DNA from: the human T2T-CHM13v2.0 reference genome, Homo sapiens
Direction: 5' to 3' (one strand)
Assembly: GCF_009914755.1 (NCBI RefSeq)
Contig: NC_060929.1
DNA: 64,000 bases
Numbering within the stretch: the first letter of the stretch is position 1; the number at the start of each line of letters is the position of its first letter. The notes under the pieces are model-generated. The model did no database searches, was not told the origin of the DNA, and saw only the letters and a program-made list of their open reading frames with translations. This document shows positions 27,341 through 43,085 of the stretch, one piece after another. Both the position numbers and the translations under genes were made by a program.

Positions 27341-28410
27341 GATAATGCTGAAAATAGATTTATTTTGGAAAGGGGAATTTAAAACTGTGTCTTTTCCAGT
27401 GAAACCATTTCTCTGTTGCCCAAACTCAGTGCTGCCGATTGTGGCCGCACAGGTTGTGCAAGGCACATGGAAATGAATGGCTCCCCTGAAGTTGTGGGAC
27501 GAGGCAGCCCTGCCTGGAGCTTCTGACATATGCAGGCAAATAAACATCCAGTGCTTTCTCACAGAGATCTCCGGTGATAGGATAAATCACACATCCCAGC
27601 AAAGCAAGGGAACAAAGCCAAAAATATTGAAGGCAGGCAAGGAGGGACCAGCAAACAAAGGACAAATAAAACCATAAGAAGGATTTTATATTCTAAAGAT
27701 GATGGATCTTGAGCCACAGACAGAAGAGACGGATAGTTAGAAGCAGAGCAGCTGCAGAAAGAGGAAATCAGCAATGCATGTTTAATTTAACAGTTCAGGA
27801 AATCCAGTTACCATTTTTATTCGAGCATACTGGTGTGCTCTGCTATTCTCAAGAAATTATTTCCTTTTAAAAGTCCTGTTATTTGACTGTATCACGATAG
27901 AAATGGCTACCCATTGGCCATTCCCATCTCTTTCTCCAGTGCCTGCCTCCAGCTACAGAAGCCAGAGAATCAGGCACCCTCTTCCCCAACATTCTGCAGC
28001 TGGGAGGGGCCTTGTGGTCCCATCACATGGAGAGTGAAGGGCAGGGTGCCAGGCTTGTGGGAAAGATGTTTCCTTCTCTGTAGAAGAGAGGAGCTCTCTC
28101 CTTGCCCTTGTATCCCAGCTTCCCGCCTTGGCATGTTGAGATGTGAGAAGCCACTTTGCACCCATGAGAGAGAAGCAGGAGAGCTGTAGAGATGCTGACC
28201 CATGTCCTGACATCATGGGGCTTTGGAGAGCACTTGGAACCACCTTCTCTCTCTTCAGGTAAACAGTATATGCTCTTATGGTTTAAGCTGCTGCTCCCTG
28301 GGCTTTCTGTTGCACACAGATGAAGATACCTGAGTTCATGCAGTCCAAAGTGAAGGGTGTAAACACATTGCTTGTATAACAAGTACTTGCATGGACATGA
28401 CTCTGTAATG

Positions 28411-28505
28411 AGGTCTATTATTTAAGATTACCTGTTATCAAAATTAGATAGGTGATTCACTTTATATTTTACAGAAAAAAATTTCTTGAATAAACCCAAT
28501 TATAT
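28411..28505 (+). repeat. ~95-bp direct duplicate of 30470-30565
   Basis: Shared 'aggtctattattta.gat.acctg', 'tattttacagaaaa' and 'tcttgaataaaccc.attatat'. Confidence 0.8.
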
Positions 28506-29206
28506 GATTGGCCATCTGATGATAAAATGTACTCAAGCAGTAAAGAAATATTACTAATTGTTTCTTCTGGATGTTACTCCCTGGAAAAAAGGGTAATATT
28601 TATAGAATTGATGAATAATTATAGTATTAAATAATTATTTTCAACATCTCAATCAAAATTATTCTCTTAATTTTCAATAGTTATCCAACATTTCAATTTT
28701 TATAAAACAAACACAACTTTTTCATGATGTAAGTTTCAATGGTTGGTTATTTATTAATTGAAGATTTTTCCATTTCTAATATATGACAAGCATTTTGCTT
28801 CAGGAATCAGTATCTTTATCTCAGGTTTCTTTTTTCTTTTCTTTATTCCTGAAGTGAAATTACTGGGAGCTGGCATATCAAAGATATTCTGACCTTAAAC
28901 AATTAGACAAACTAATTACAGTCAGGTTTTTAAAAGAGCAGGCATTTAATTTCCACAAATCTCTATGTTGCCATATTCTTACAAGTTGTTTCATGCCCCA
29001 CGATTAGCAGGCAGTCTGTGACAAGAGATTTCTTCAAGGCATTGGGATGGATGAGCCTTGTAAGATGTGGTTAACAGATTGAGTACAAATTTACTTCAAA
29101 TTTCATTGACCCATTGTCTTACAGGTCAATTTCATGAATTGTCTTACAAGACAATTAATGAAATAAATAGGGATTTAAAAGTTTCTTTTAGGTCTTGGCA
29201 TAAGTA

Positions 29207-29523
<317 letters not shown>

Positions 29524-29905
29524 TCATGAATCAAAAAATGAACCTGTCAGTCTTTGGGAAATGTGGTTAAATCTACCGAAGTAATACATTGAAGATCATG
29601 AAGTTAAATTTGCTGAATGATCTGTTGGATTTGCTATGGCATGTTTGGCTCCCAGAAAGTTGTTCCTTAAAAGACAAACAAAAAAACCTTTAAATCACAA
29701 TTCTATTTATTTATTTCTCTCTTTGCATGCCAGACTTTTAAGAACAGCAACACTTTGCATGGCCATCTCCAGCAGGAGGTAGTAGAAGAGTGCTGAAGTT
29801 GGTGGTAGAAGCTGAGCTCATTATCTGAACATAATTAATCTCTATGTGATCACAACATCCATGTTGACACAATTAACATTAACTTAAAAATATTGAACAT
29901 GGATG

Positions 29906-30369
29906 TGTCAACCTAAATAGCAAACAGAGAGAGGCTCTCTAAAAGTAAAAGATATTTATTGAGGCATGGGCATTGCAAAGGGCACATGTGTGCCTTAGTA
30001 AACTATGTACACATTCAGGGAGGTAAAGGAAGGCTATGCTTTTAAAGAAAAAATGAAGAGTATTACATAATTATTTTAAAATGATTATTCTTGGCTATGT
30101 TGATCAATAACAAATATGATGCTACTCCAAGGTTGGACAAGCAGTTTTTGGGGTGATGTCCTCGCAGAAGTATTTTTTGGTGTAAGTTCCTGAAAGCGTT
30201 TGTGCAAGGATGTGGTTTTTGCAATGTTTTGTGATAGTTTTTGTTGTCAGGCATACAAACATGAGAACTCTTTCTTGATAGCTTTCCTCAGCTCTATTTG
30301 TTAGAGTTTTTTTTTTTTCTTTATTTTTTTTTAACATAAATGACTCCATTTTGATACTGACAATTTCCA
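29906..30369 (-). mobile_element. ERV1 solo LTR (MER65-like)
   Basis: Minus strand starts 'aaattgtcagtatcaaaatggagtcatttatgtt...caaatagagctgaggaaag...aactatcacaaaa', has AATAAA, and ends 'ggttgaca'. Confidence 0.75.
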
Positions 30370-31369
30370 AAGAGACAGTTCAGATTTTTCTAAAAGGCCT
30401 AGCTATTTGCAAATGACCAAACATCATAGTCATCAAGAAATTTGGAAAACTCAGAATTCCTTAAATTGCAGGTCTATTATTTAGGATAACCTGATTTCAA
30501 AGCTAGATAATTTATTAATTTTCTATTTTACAGAAAAGGATACTCTTGAATAAACCCGATTATATTAGATACTGAAGGTTAATTTTTCCTGAGTTTCAGT
30601 GCTGTTCAAATTATACAATGGCTAACCTGGACTGCAGGTGAAAATCGCCAAGGAATACTTAAAAAGCAGCACACCCTGCCCAGTGTGAAAGGGCTTTCTG
30701 ATGATTGTCGTGTGCAGCCATGGCTGAGAGCATCCCTGGCTGGGCTAGCACTTGTGCCTCAATGCAGTGCTCTCCTTAAGTATTAATCGAGTGAGCTCAG
30801 TTGTTGCCAGAAAAACATAAGTTGGACTCAGGAGAGCTTCTCTCTTTCAATTTACCTAAGCCTGCTTTGTTTGATGCGTTAGTCAGCCAGGAGATGTAGA
30901 CTGGTGCCTATGAAAAAAAGAAAACACTCAGAGAAAATGACAGCTCACTTAGGTCTCTGGCGTGAATTGCTGCTTTAAAGAAGGAGAACAAATCTTTTTT
31001 GGAATCCGAAAAGCAAATTGCTCATCTCTGCTTACCTTAAACAAACAAACAACTAATCCTTGTGTCTCTGCAGTATTTGTAATATTCCCTTTTATTTCCA
31101 AGGTCCTGTGTGCCTCAATACTGTACTGTAGACAGGTGCTGTCAGGCCATCTTCCAGGCAAACATGGAAAGGAATAGTGATCAACAGTCAGGGGTACTAA
31201 TCAACATAGGCCAAGAGCCCCAGCGATTTTCATTCTGCGTTCTTCCTGCTTCTATTTTTTGAAAGTTTGCAATGTACACACTTTATGTAGCCTGCACTGT
31301 GGAAAGGCCATCAGTGTTAGCTGCTCAGGTGGAAGGACACAGAGAATGCCCTGCTTCCATCTCCTTCTT

Positions 31370-31545
31370 TTCCTAACTGTGTGATGCTGAAAAGTTCCTG
31401 ACTTGCTTGCTGAGCCTCTATTTCCTTCTCTGCAAAAATATGGCTACATGTGTCTGTGAGGGCCAACTACCAAAAACGAAGAAACAAAAATCCAAATATA
31501 CTACCTGGCACATAGTGGAAATAAAAGATATTATATTATTACTCT
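31370..31545 (+). mobile_element. MIR fragment
   Basis: Core 'ctaactgtgtga...ctgagcctctatttccttctctgcaaaa' and 'cctggcacatagt...attattact'. Confidence 0.5.
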
Positions 31546-32249
31546 TTGCTAGTATTATACCTACACTTCATTTTCAATTGTAAAAAGCATCACACTTAAG
31601 CTAGTAACCACTATTCCTTAGGGAACTGTAGTAAACTGACCCTTGATCATCTTCAGGATAAAAGACTTAGCATTGCATCTGTATCTCTTTGTGGTCTGCC
31701 ACCATGTACTTGTAATACCCACTGAAGGATATTCTTAGGTCCAACTAAATTAAGATGTGCAGAATCACCACGAGCCATGCTTGGCACCCACTGTGCTTAC
31801 ACAGGGCAGAAGCCACAGCATGAGTGTGAAGAGACAGCTCTCCAAGGAGTTTCTGCACGTCTTGCACACACACCTTCTGTTGTAACTGTCTTGTCAAGCA
31901 CGATGTGTGACGCACTGGTTATCCATGGATGGCCACGCGGTTCCAATGCACTCTGCAATGTTGCTCTAGGATAAACAATGGGATTCTTTTCAACCTTTCT
32001 CCTTGAAAGCCAGTGTGATTCTGAGGCTTTTAGTAGAAGACACTTGGGACTCTGCAAGAGGAAAAGACTTCCTACAATTCCAGTGTGGAGCGAGGTGAAG
32101 ATGTAGATGTGAGGACCTCAGGAGGGTCTGCCACAGCCACAGTTAGGATGTGGTCTTTCTGCATCCTGCAGACTTGGCCTGGTAATAACCTTTCCACAAC
32201 CATCTTGACCAAGAAACCAGAATCCCCCAACATCTGCCTGATTCCAAGG

Positions 32250-32751
32250 CCTCCTGACTGTGCTGATGCCAGGACTCCCTCTGCAAGTCTCCATGTGGCC
32301 ACCTGCACCTGAATGTCACCTTCTGTCCCTCCTGCAAACCCCTCCTCCCACCACCACCACCTTGTGAAATCCATGTATTGGAAGGCTCTCTGCCTCCACC
32401 AGCACCCAGGATCCCACTGCCTTCCTGTGCAGATTGCTGTTCATTTGCACTCCCTCCTGCATGGCAGAGAGGATTCTGATATTTTCAAAAGCAACTCCAG
32501 ACCAGCTCCAGCCTGGCAACACTGAAAACTTCTCCACTATCTGCTGGTTAAACTATGCCTTTTTCAGTGAGGCCTAACTCCTTCTGAGTTTGTTCTTCCT
32601 TGGGTGCTCTCCCTTAGCCTTAGGGCACCATATAGAGTTTTCTTATGTTGTATAGTTAGCCTTTAATCAAATTTAATAATTCTTTTTATTAAACATCTCC
32701 TTTTTAACGGTGGTATGATTTGTATCTCATGACTGGATGCAGACTACTACA
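32250..32751 (+). mobile_element. ERVL solo LTR (LTR33/LTR41-like)
   Basis: 'ccttgggtgctctcccttagccttaggg', ATTAAA and terminus 'tctcatgactggatgcagactactaca'. The 5' boundary is uncertain. Confidence 0.55.
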
Positions 32752-32824
32752 TCTAGCAAAGAGAATTGATAGACAGAGACAGTATCTAGCTCTGGAGCAG
32801 AAGATGGGGTTGTTTTGCCACCAA

Positions 32825-33165
32825 TGTAATAAGATAATGTAAAAGTTGGGCAGATCTGCTTGCTGCCCATTATTTAAAAAATTGATGTTTCCTGAGCTCT
32901 GGGTTTATCAGCTGTAAGACAAACTCTCCACCTCTGCATGCACAGCATCTACCCAGACCCACCTGTGATGCCCCTTGGGGGCTGGAGGATTCAAAACCTG
33001 TGTGAATATGCAGGTAATGCTTCCTGCTGTGCCTTGATGAAAATGAATCTCTTTGTCTCTAACCTAGAACTCTCATATCCTCTGCCAGCATCTACACAAC
33101 TGTGAAAGGATAACTTCTTAGTTTGCAAGTAGAGGAAATTTTCGGAGACTTCATAATTCTTGACA
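32825..33165 (+). mobile_element. ERV1 solo LTR (LTR37-like)
   Basis: 3' end 'tttgtctctaacctagaactctc...tgccagcatc...ttgcaagtagaggaaa...ttcttgaca'. Confidence 0.65.
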
Positions 33166-34877
33166 GCAAGCAAGATAGAATCAGGGGACCTATGGGAGCT
33201 CTTGCATCAGTCTCTGCAACTGTTTCAGCAGTCAGGTGGGCATTCTTTTGGCTGCTTTCTACCCCTGACTCATGTAAGAGCTCAGGTGCAGAGAGATGAG
33301 ATTCATATATGAGTGGAGGTTCCTCGCTGGCCTAAAAGCCTCATGTTGCACAGTAGCCAAATGTCTTACAATTCCACAGTTACAGCTTCCAAGGTCTCTG
33401 TAAGAACATGCCAGCACCAAGAGTCACCACACTCTGGGAAGCCCATAGCTCTAGCATCTTGCCAGGCATTTATTTAGTTCTCTTAGGCTGCAGAAATTTG
33501 CCAGTCAAGGGTCTTTTTCCCCATAATCAATATTGTCTTTTGATGTCATTGAAATTCTTCCTTTATCTAATTTCCACGGAAATAGAGTTAGAAAGGTAAT
33601 TAAAGATGAAGTCCTAAAGCCAAAGGAGAAAAGATCATATTAACTCCATACTCAGATTGCCTGTTCCACATTTTCTTTTTTAAGTTGTGCACATCAAATT
33701 CTGTTTTCTCTATTTCGTCAACCTTTTCGTCAACTTAATATACCAAATTATCTCAAACCTTTCTCTCCCTGAAATGCCCTTCATACAGACCCTTTGTTTA
33801 CCTGTCATAATTAGCATGTATCTTCAAGGATAATCTCTGGAAGATGGCCGACTAGACGCAGCCAGAAAGAGCATCTCCCACCAGGAGAGACTAAACCACC
33901 CAGTAGACAGGTACACTCTGAACAAATCCTCAGAAAGAAGGCATTGAGAATGGACAGAGGGAGGATGCAGACCCTGGGGCTGAAAGGGGAGAAAGGTGGG
34001 AACTGTGCGCAAGGTTGCTGAGCACTGGGACTCATTCCTGGCTGAGGCTCACCATAGTCCTGTAGGTGGCATTAGCCATTGTTAGAGGCCAGACCTGGAA
34101 AGAGCAGGGCTGCCCTTCCCACAGATTGGGGCCAATCTGATCTGAAGATCCCTTGTGTGCCAGCCTCCCCCAAGAGCCCTAGCTGGCCACACCCCTTTTC
34201 AGCACAGCCTCAGCTGCTCTGCTGAAACAGTTGACAGAAGCTACTGTGCCATAGTTCATTCACTGGCAGCCCCTGCCTTCCCCTCAGAGCGCTTTGGCAG
34301 GCAGATCCCTGCTGGTGTGCACTCATCTACAGCCTTCCCCTGCAGGAGCACTTGCAGCCTTCTTATAATGCTCCACTACCATGCACAGCCCATCCACCAC
34401 CCTGTTGGTGCACACATGCCTGCTACCCCCATGCTTCTCTGCCAATGTGCACTCACCCACGGCTGCCCTGCCACCCTACTGATGTGCGCTTTCCTATACC
34501 CCCCAACCACAGTGCGCTCTCCCATGGGCCCCCTACTACCTTCCCACCGAAGCATTTTTGCTGGCAGCTCCCATTGGAATGTTATGCCAACAGACTGAGA
34601 ACACATCAGCCCCTCCAGCACAGAAGGTGCTTGACCTTGAAGGGCCAGAGAACAAAGAAACAGGCCTGGTCCCAGCCCCCCATCAGGGTTGGAGCAGGCA
34701 GCCTGGGAGCGCTGACCAGAACCTTGCTCCCTTGAAAAGATTCAGAAATGAAACCAATCAACTAAATGCAGCTTATACCACAGCCAAGCCCTAGAGGGCA
34801 CCAAATAATATTAAAGCAAAGAGCCCCATTTAAAGGATAGCAACTTTAAAGGTTAAAAGAACATCAGCCCATATGGA

Positions 34878-35870
34878 TGAGGGGAAAAACAAAACAAAAC
34901 AAACAAAAAACACAGTACAAGAATTCTGGCAACTCTAAAAACAACAATGACTTTTTACCTCCAAATAACACTAGCTTCCCAGCAATGGTTCTTAACCAGA
35001 TTTAAGTGGCTGAAATGACAGACATAGAATCCAGAATCTGGATGTCAAGGAAGCTCAATGAGATACAGGAAAAGGTTGAAACCCAATCCAAGGAAAATAG
35101 TAAAATGATGCAAGAGCTGAAAGACAACATAGCCATTTTAAGAAAGAACCAAACTAAACTTCTGAAAATGAAAAACCCACTACAGGAATTTCATAGTGCA
35201 AATGGAAGCATTAATAGAATAGACCAATCTGAGGAAAGAATCGCAGAACTTGAAGATCACTTCTTCAAATCAACACAGGCATACAAAAAATTTAAAAAAA
35301 GAATTTTTAAAAATGAACAAAACCTCTGAGAAATAGGAGATTATGTAAAGAGAACAAACTTATGAATCATTGGCATTCCTGAAGGAGATAGAGAGAGAGC
35401 AAGAAACTTGGAAACATATTTGAAGATACTGGCCACGAAAATTTCTCCAACCTTGCTAGAAATGTTGGCATGCAAACTCAGGAAATTCAGAGAACCCCCA
35501 GAGAGACGCTATACATGATGACCACCCCCAAGATACATAGTCATCAGATTCTCCAAGGTCAATGCAAAAGAAAAAATAATTATAAAGGCACCTAGAGAGA
35601 AGGGGCAGGCCACATAAAAAGGGAATGCTATCAGGCTAACAACGTATTTTCAGCAGAACCCTTATTAGCCAGATGAGATTAGAAGCCTATATCCAGCCTC
35701 CTTAAAGAAAAGAAATTCCAACCAAGAATTTTATAACAAGACAAACTGAGCTTCATAAGCAAAAGAAAGATTTTTTTTTTTAGATAAACGAATGTTACAG
35801 AAGTTTTTACCACCAGAACTGCCTTACAAGAGGTTCCTAAGGGAGTGCTAAACATGGGAATGAAAGACGG
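34878..35870 (+). pseudogene. Decayed L1 ORF1p
   Basis: AEMTDIESRIWM...RIDQSEERIAELED...KNEQNL, then stops and frameshifts. Confidence 0.85.
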
Positions 35871-37343
35871 ATACTGGCCACCACAAAAACACACTTCAGT
35901 ACATAGTCTGCTGACACTACGAAGCAACTCTACAATCAAGTCTACATAACAGACAGTTAACAACACAGTGACTAGATCAAATCCTTACATTTCAATATTG
36001 ACCTTGAATGTAAATCAGCTAAATGCACTATTTAAAAGGCCCAGAGTGGCAAGTTGGATAGAAAAGAACAATCCACCTGTGTGCTGTCTTCAAGAGACCC
36101 ATATGATATGCAGTGACACCAATAAACTCTAAGTAAAAGGATAGAGAAAGATCTATCAAGCAAATGGAGAACCAAAAAGAGCAGGAACTGCTATTCTTAT
36201 TTCAGGCAAAATAGACTTTAAACCAACAATAATCAAAAAGGACAAAGAAGGGCATTATTTAATGATAAAGGATTTATTTCAACAAGAAGACCTACCTATT
36301 CTAAATGTATATGCACTCAACATTGGAGCATCCAGATTCATAGAACAAGTTCTTAGATATCTCTGAAGAGACTTAGATAACTACTAAATAATAGTGGGAG
36401 ATTTCAATACCCACTGACAATGTTAGACAGATTGTTGAGGCAGAAAACTAACAAAAATATTCAGGACCTAAACTTGACACTTGACCAAACGGACCAAACA
36501 GAAATCTATCTAATACTCCACCCAACAACAACAGGGTATACAGTTTTCTCATCAGCACATGACACATACTCTAAGACTGACCACACATACATCCATAAAG
36601 CAATTCTCAAAAAATTCAAAGAAGTGCAATCATACCAACTACACTCTCAGACTATGGCACGATAATAATAGAAATTAATACCGAGCAGCTTTCTCAAAAC
36701 CATATAAGTATATAGGAATTAAACAACCCGATCTTGAATGACTTTGAGGCAAAGAATGAAATTAAAACATAAATTTAAAAAAAACTTTGAATCTGATGAA
36801 AACAAAAATGTAATATACCAGAATCACTGGGACACAGCAAAGACAAAGTTAAGAGGAAAGTTTATACTGCTAAATGCCTACATCAAGAAGTTAGAAAGAT
36901 CCTAAATTAATTACCTAACATTATACCTGGAGGAACTAGAAAAACAAGAGGAAGCCAACCCCAAAATTAACAGAAGAAATAAACAAAATCAGAGCTGAAT
37001 GTAACAAAATTGAGATGTGAAAATCCATACAAAAGATCAATAAAACCAAAAGTTTATTCTTCATAAGAATAAGCAAGATCAATAGACTACTAGCTAGATT
37101 AATAAAAAAATAAGGTCCAAATAAATACAATGAGAAATGACAAAGAGGACATTACCACTGAAGCCACAGGGGGAAAAAAAACCCTCAGAGACTATTATGA
37201 ATACCCCTGTTAACAAAAACTAGAACATCTAAAAGAAATGGATAAACTACTGGAAACATACCACCACCCAAGAATTAACCAGAAAAAAATTGAAATTCAG
37301 AACAGACTAATAAGTTCTAAAAATGAATCAGATTAAAAAAACC

Positions 37344-39693
37344 TGTATTAGTTCATTTTTACACTGCTATAAAGCACTACCTGAGATTGGGCAATTTATA
37401 AAGAACTGACGTTAAATTGACTCAGTTTTACATGGCTGGGGAGGCCTCAGGAAACTTCTCATCAAGGCAGAAGGTGAAGGGGAAGAAAGCACATCTTGCA
37501 TGGCAGTAGGAGAGAGAGCAAACGGGGAAGTCCCACACACAAATTAACCATGAGATCTTTTGAGAACTCATTCATTATCATGAGAAAAGCAAGAGGGAAG
37601 TCTGCCCCCATGATTAAGTCACCTCCCACCAGGCCCCCACCCACAGCATGTGGTGTGGGGATTACAATCCGAGATGAAATTTGGTTGGGGACACGAAGCC
37701 AAACCATATCATTCTACTTCTGGCCCCTCCCAAATCACATGTTCTCACATTTTAAAACCAATCATACCTTTCCAGCAGTCCCCCCAAAGTCTTAACTCAT
37801 TCCAGCATTAACTCAAAAGTCCAGGTCTAAAGTGTTATCAGAGACAAGGCAAGTCCCTTACACCTATGAGGCTGTAAAATAGAAAAGCAAGTTAGTTTCT
37901 TTAAACGTACAAAGGGAGTACAGGCATTGGGTGAATGTTCCCATTCCAAATGGAAGAAATTGGCCTAAACAAAGGGGCCACAGGTCCCACGCAATTCTGA
38001 AACCCAGCAGGGCAGTCATTAAATCTTAAAGCTCCAAAATAATCTTTGTTGATTCCATGTCTTATACCCATGTTATGCTGGGATGGGCTCCCAAGGCCTT
38101 TGGCAGCTATGCCCTTGGCTCTTCAGGGTGCAGCCCCCATGGCTGATTTTACAGGCTGGCATTGAGTGCCTGTGGCTTTTCCAGGTGTACAGTGCAAGCT
38201 GTCAGTGGATCTACTATTCTGGGTACTGGAGGATAGTAGCCCTATCCTCACAGGTCCATGTCATAGTGTCCCAATGAGGACTCTTTGTGGGGACTCCAAC
38301 CCCACAGTTCCCTTCTGCACTGCCCTAGTAGAGATTCTCCATAAAGTCTCCACCCTTCCAACATATTTCTGCTTGGACATCCCGAGGTTTCCATACATCC
38401 TGTGAAATCTAGGTGGAGGTTTACAAACCTCAAGTCTTGCCTTCTGTGCACTGGCAGGCCTGACTCATGGAAGCCACCAAGGGTTGTGGCTTGCACCCTC
38501 TGAGGTCATGGCTTGAACTGTACCTTGGCCCCTTTTTGGCATGGCTGGAGCTGGAGTGGCTGGGACCCACGGTGCCATTTCCCAAGGCTTCACAGAGCAA
38601 CGGGGTCCTAGGCCTGGCCCATGAAACCATTTTTCTTCCAAGGCCTCCAGGCCTGTGATAGGAGGGGCTGCAGTGTAGATCTCCGAAATGCCCCAGAGGC
38701 ATTTTCCCCTTTGTCTTGGCTATTAATATTCAACTCATCTTTACTTATGCAAATTTCTGCAACCAGAGGCTTGAATTTCTCCCCAGAAAATGGGTTTTTC
38801 TTTTCTACCGCATGGTCAGGGCAGAAGTTCCAAACTTTAATGCTCTGCTTCCATTTTATACATAAGTTCCAATCTGTTTATGAATGCATGTGAGCATAGA
38901 CTTGTATTTAAAAACAACCAGGTCACTTCATGTGAGTGCTTTGCTGCTTAGAAATTTCTTCTGCCAGATTCCCCAAATCATCTCTCTCTAGTTCAAAGTT
39001 CCACAGATCTCTACGGCACAGGCAAAATGTCAGAAGTCTCTTAATTAAAGCATACCAAGTGTGACCTTCACTCCAGTTCCCAAAAAGTTCCTTATCTCCA
39101 TCTGAAACCACCACAGCCAGGACTTCATTGTCCATATCACTATCAGCATTGTGGTCAAAATTATGCAACAAATCTCTAGGATGTTTCAAATTTTTCTACA
39201 TCTTCCTCTCTTCTTCTGAGCTCTCCAAACTCCTCCAACCTCTGCCTATAACCCAGTACCAAAATTGCTCCCATATTTTCAGGTATCTTTATTGCAGTGC
39301 CCCATTCCAAATACCAATTTTTTGCATTAGTCCACTTTCACACTGCTATAAAGAACTATCTGAGACTGGGTAATTACAAAGAAAAGAGGTATAGTTGACT
39401 TACAGTTGTGCATGGCTGGAAGGCCACAGGAAACTTACAATCATGGCAGAAAGCAAAGGAAAAGGAAGGCACATCTTATAATGGTGGCAGGAGAGAAAGA
39501 AAGAGCAAAGGGGAGAACTGCCATGCACTTTTAAACTATCAGATCTCACGTGGACTCACTCACTATCATGAGAAACAAAAGGGAGAAGTCCGTCCCCATA
39601 ATTGAATTACTTCCCACAAGGCCCCTCCCCCAAAACTTAGTGATTACACTTTGAGATGAGATTTGGGTGGGGACACAGAGCCAAACCATATCA
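37344..39693 (-). mobile_element. Complete THE1D-like MaLR: LTR (37344-37711), ~1.6-kb internal region, LTR (~39322-39693)
   Basis: Both LTRs read TGATATGGTTTGGCT... on the minus strand and lack the MSTA-specific segment. The internal part matches THE1/MST-int. No clean TSD is visible. Confidence 0.92.
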
Positions 39694-40210
39694 CCTGCTA
39701 AACGGAAAAAGCCCTGGACCCACGTGGATTCACAGTCAAATTCTACCAGACATACAAACAATAGCTGGTACCAATCCTACTGAAATGACTGCAAAAAATT
39801 AAGGTAGAGGGACTTCTCCCTAACCCATTCTATGAGTACAGCATCATTATTATATCAAAACCTAATTGTGACATAACAACAAAAGAAAACTTCAGGCTAA
39901 TATCCTTGATGAACATAGATGCAAAAATCCTCAATAAAATACTAGCAAACTCCATCCTCAATAAAATGCTAGCAAACTGAATCTAGCAGCACATCAAAAA
40001 GCTAATCCCCCAGATCAAGTAGGATTAATCCCTGGGATGCAAGTTTGGTTCAACATATGCAAAGCAATAAATGTAATTCACCAGATAAACAGAACTAAAA
40101 ACAAAAAACACATGATCATCTCAATAGATGCAGAAAAGGCTTTCAATAAAAATCAGCATCCCTTCCTGTTAAAAATCCTCCACAAACTAAGCATTTGAAA
40201 AACATACCTT

Positions 40211-40541
<331 letters not shown>

Positions 40542-43085
40542 CTATGGAAAACACACAACCAACATCATACTGAATGGGCACAAACTGAAAGCATTCCCCT
40601 TGAAAACTGGAAACAAGCAAGGAGAAAACAGGCAAGAGAAAGAGAGAGCAGCCAGAGGCCCTCTCGTGCCACTCCAGCTCGACATAGTACTGGAAGTCCT
40701 AGCCAGAGCAATCGGACCAAAGAAGCAAATAAAAAGCATCCAAATAGAAAGAGAGGACATAAAACTGTCCCTGTTTGCAAATAATATGATTCTATACCTA
40801 GAAAACCCCATAGTCTCTGGACAGATGCTCCTTGATCTAATAAACAACTTCAGCAGAGTTTCAGGATACAAAATCAATGTTAAAAAAAAATCAGTAGCAT
40901 TTCTATACAACAACAACATCAATGATGACTACCAAATCAAGACTGCAGTCTCATTCACAATAGCCATGAAAAGAATAAAATACCTAGAAATACAGCTAAC
41001 CAATGAGGAGAAAGACCTCTACAATGAGAATTACAACACCTGCTCAAAGAAATCAGAGATTACACAAGCAAATGGAAAAACATTTCATATTCATGGACAG
41101 GAAGAATTAATATTGTTAAAATGGTCATTCTGCTCAGAGCAATTTATAGACTCCATGCTATTTCCATCAAAGTACCAATGACATTTTTCACAGAATTAGA
41201 AAAAAAAATGCTAAAATTTATTTGAAACCAAAAAAGAGCCCAAATAACCAGGGCAATCTGAAGCGAAAAGAAAAAAATCCGGAGGCATCACATTACCTGA
41301 CTTAAAAGTATACTACCAGGCTACAGTAACCAAAACAGCATGGTACTGGTATAAAAGCAGACACATAGACCTGTGGAACAAAATAGCCCAGAAATAATGC
41401 TGCACATGCACAACCATCTGATCTTTGACAAAATTGACAGGAACAAGCAGTGAGAAAAAGATTCCTTATTCAATAAATGGTGCTGTGATAACTGGCTAGC
41501 TATATGCAGAAGGCTGAAAGTGGACCCCTTCCTTATACCATATACAAAAATCAACTCAAGATGGATTAAAGACTTAAATGTAAAACCTACAACCATAAGA
41601 ACCCTGGAAGACAACCTAGGAAATACTGTTCTGGACATAGGACCCAGCAAAGATTTCATGACAAAGACGCCAAAAGCAGTTTCAACAAAAACAAAAACTG
41701 GCAAATGGGATCTAATTAAACTAAACAGCTACTGCACAGCAAAGGAAACTCTCGACAGAGTAAACAGGCAGCCTATAAAATGAGAGAAAATATTTGCAAC
41801 CCATGTATTTGATAAAGATCTAATAACCAGCATCTATAAGGAACTTAAACAAATTAACAAGAAAACCCAAACAACCCTGTAAAAAAAGTGGGCAAAAACA
41901 TGAATAGACACTTTTCAAAAGAATACCCAAATGCAGCCAACAAGTATGTGAAGAAAACGTTCAACATCACTGATTGTAAGAGAAATGCAAATCAAAACCC
42001 TAACTAGATGCAACCTCACTCCAGTCAGAATGGCTATTAATAAAAAGTCAAAACATAACAGATGTTGTCAGGGTTACAGAAAGAAATGAATTTTTATATA
42101 CTGCTGATAGGAGTGTAAATTAGTTCAGCCACCATGGAAAGCAGTCTGGAGTTCCCTCAAAGAACTTAAAGCAGAGTTACCATTCAACCCATCATCCCAT
42201 TAATGAGTGTATATCCAAAGGAAAACATATTCCACCAAAAAGACACATGCATGTGTATGTTCATCACAACACTCTTCACAGTAGAAAAGACATAGAATCA
42301 ACCTTGATGCTCATCAATGGTGGTTTAGACAAAGAGAATGTAGCACATGTCTACCATGATATACTATGCAGCCATTAAAAAAAAAACCTCAAATTATGTC
42401 CTTTGCTGCAACATGGATGCAGCTGGAGGGCATTATCCTAAGCAAGTTAACGCAGGAACAGAAAACAAAATGCCACATGTTCTCACTTATAGGTGGGAGC
42501 TAAACATTGAGTACACGTGGATACAATGATGGAAGGAATAGACACTGTGGACCACTTGAGGAGGATGGTGGGAGAAGAGTAACGGTTGAAAAAGTACCTA
42601 TTGGGTACTATGCTCACTATGTGGCTGATGAAATCATTTATACACCAACCCCAGTGACATGCAACTTACCCATGTAACAAACTTGCATATACTCCCTGAG
42701 CCTAAAATAAAAGTTGAAAAAAGTATCATCTCTGTTTAGGTAATCAAGATCTGAATGAATAAAAAGATCCTTTTACTGACTGATGCACACCAGGAGACAC
42801 AGTCTCCAAACAAACTTTGCAGTGATTAAACAGGAGAAGAGTTTTGTAAGGTTTTAGGAAATAAACTATCCTGAAATGTGATCTGCCAGCAAAACAATAT
42901 ACCTGCTGGCATGACCAAGCACAAAAGTACAAAAGGTGACTTAACATTTTCTTGAGAAAATTGCATTTAGTTATGTAAATTAGCTTTTACTGAGGTAAAC
43001 TGGAATTTTCCAGAAAGGGGAGAATGGGGCACTTAAAAAATGTAGGAAAGATAAAAATACAGAATCACTCCATAAAATATAAATC

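Noticed and set aside
25498-28382. Dense overlapping ORFs in a GC-richer block
   Set aside because: ORFs occur in many frames on both strands, as expected from stop-codon scarcity. No protein family is recognised and it is not a CpG island.
29768-29784. CTCF-like motif CCAGCAGGAGGTAG
   Set aside because: Two mismatches at informative core positions, so unsupported without ChIP data.
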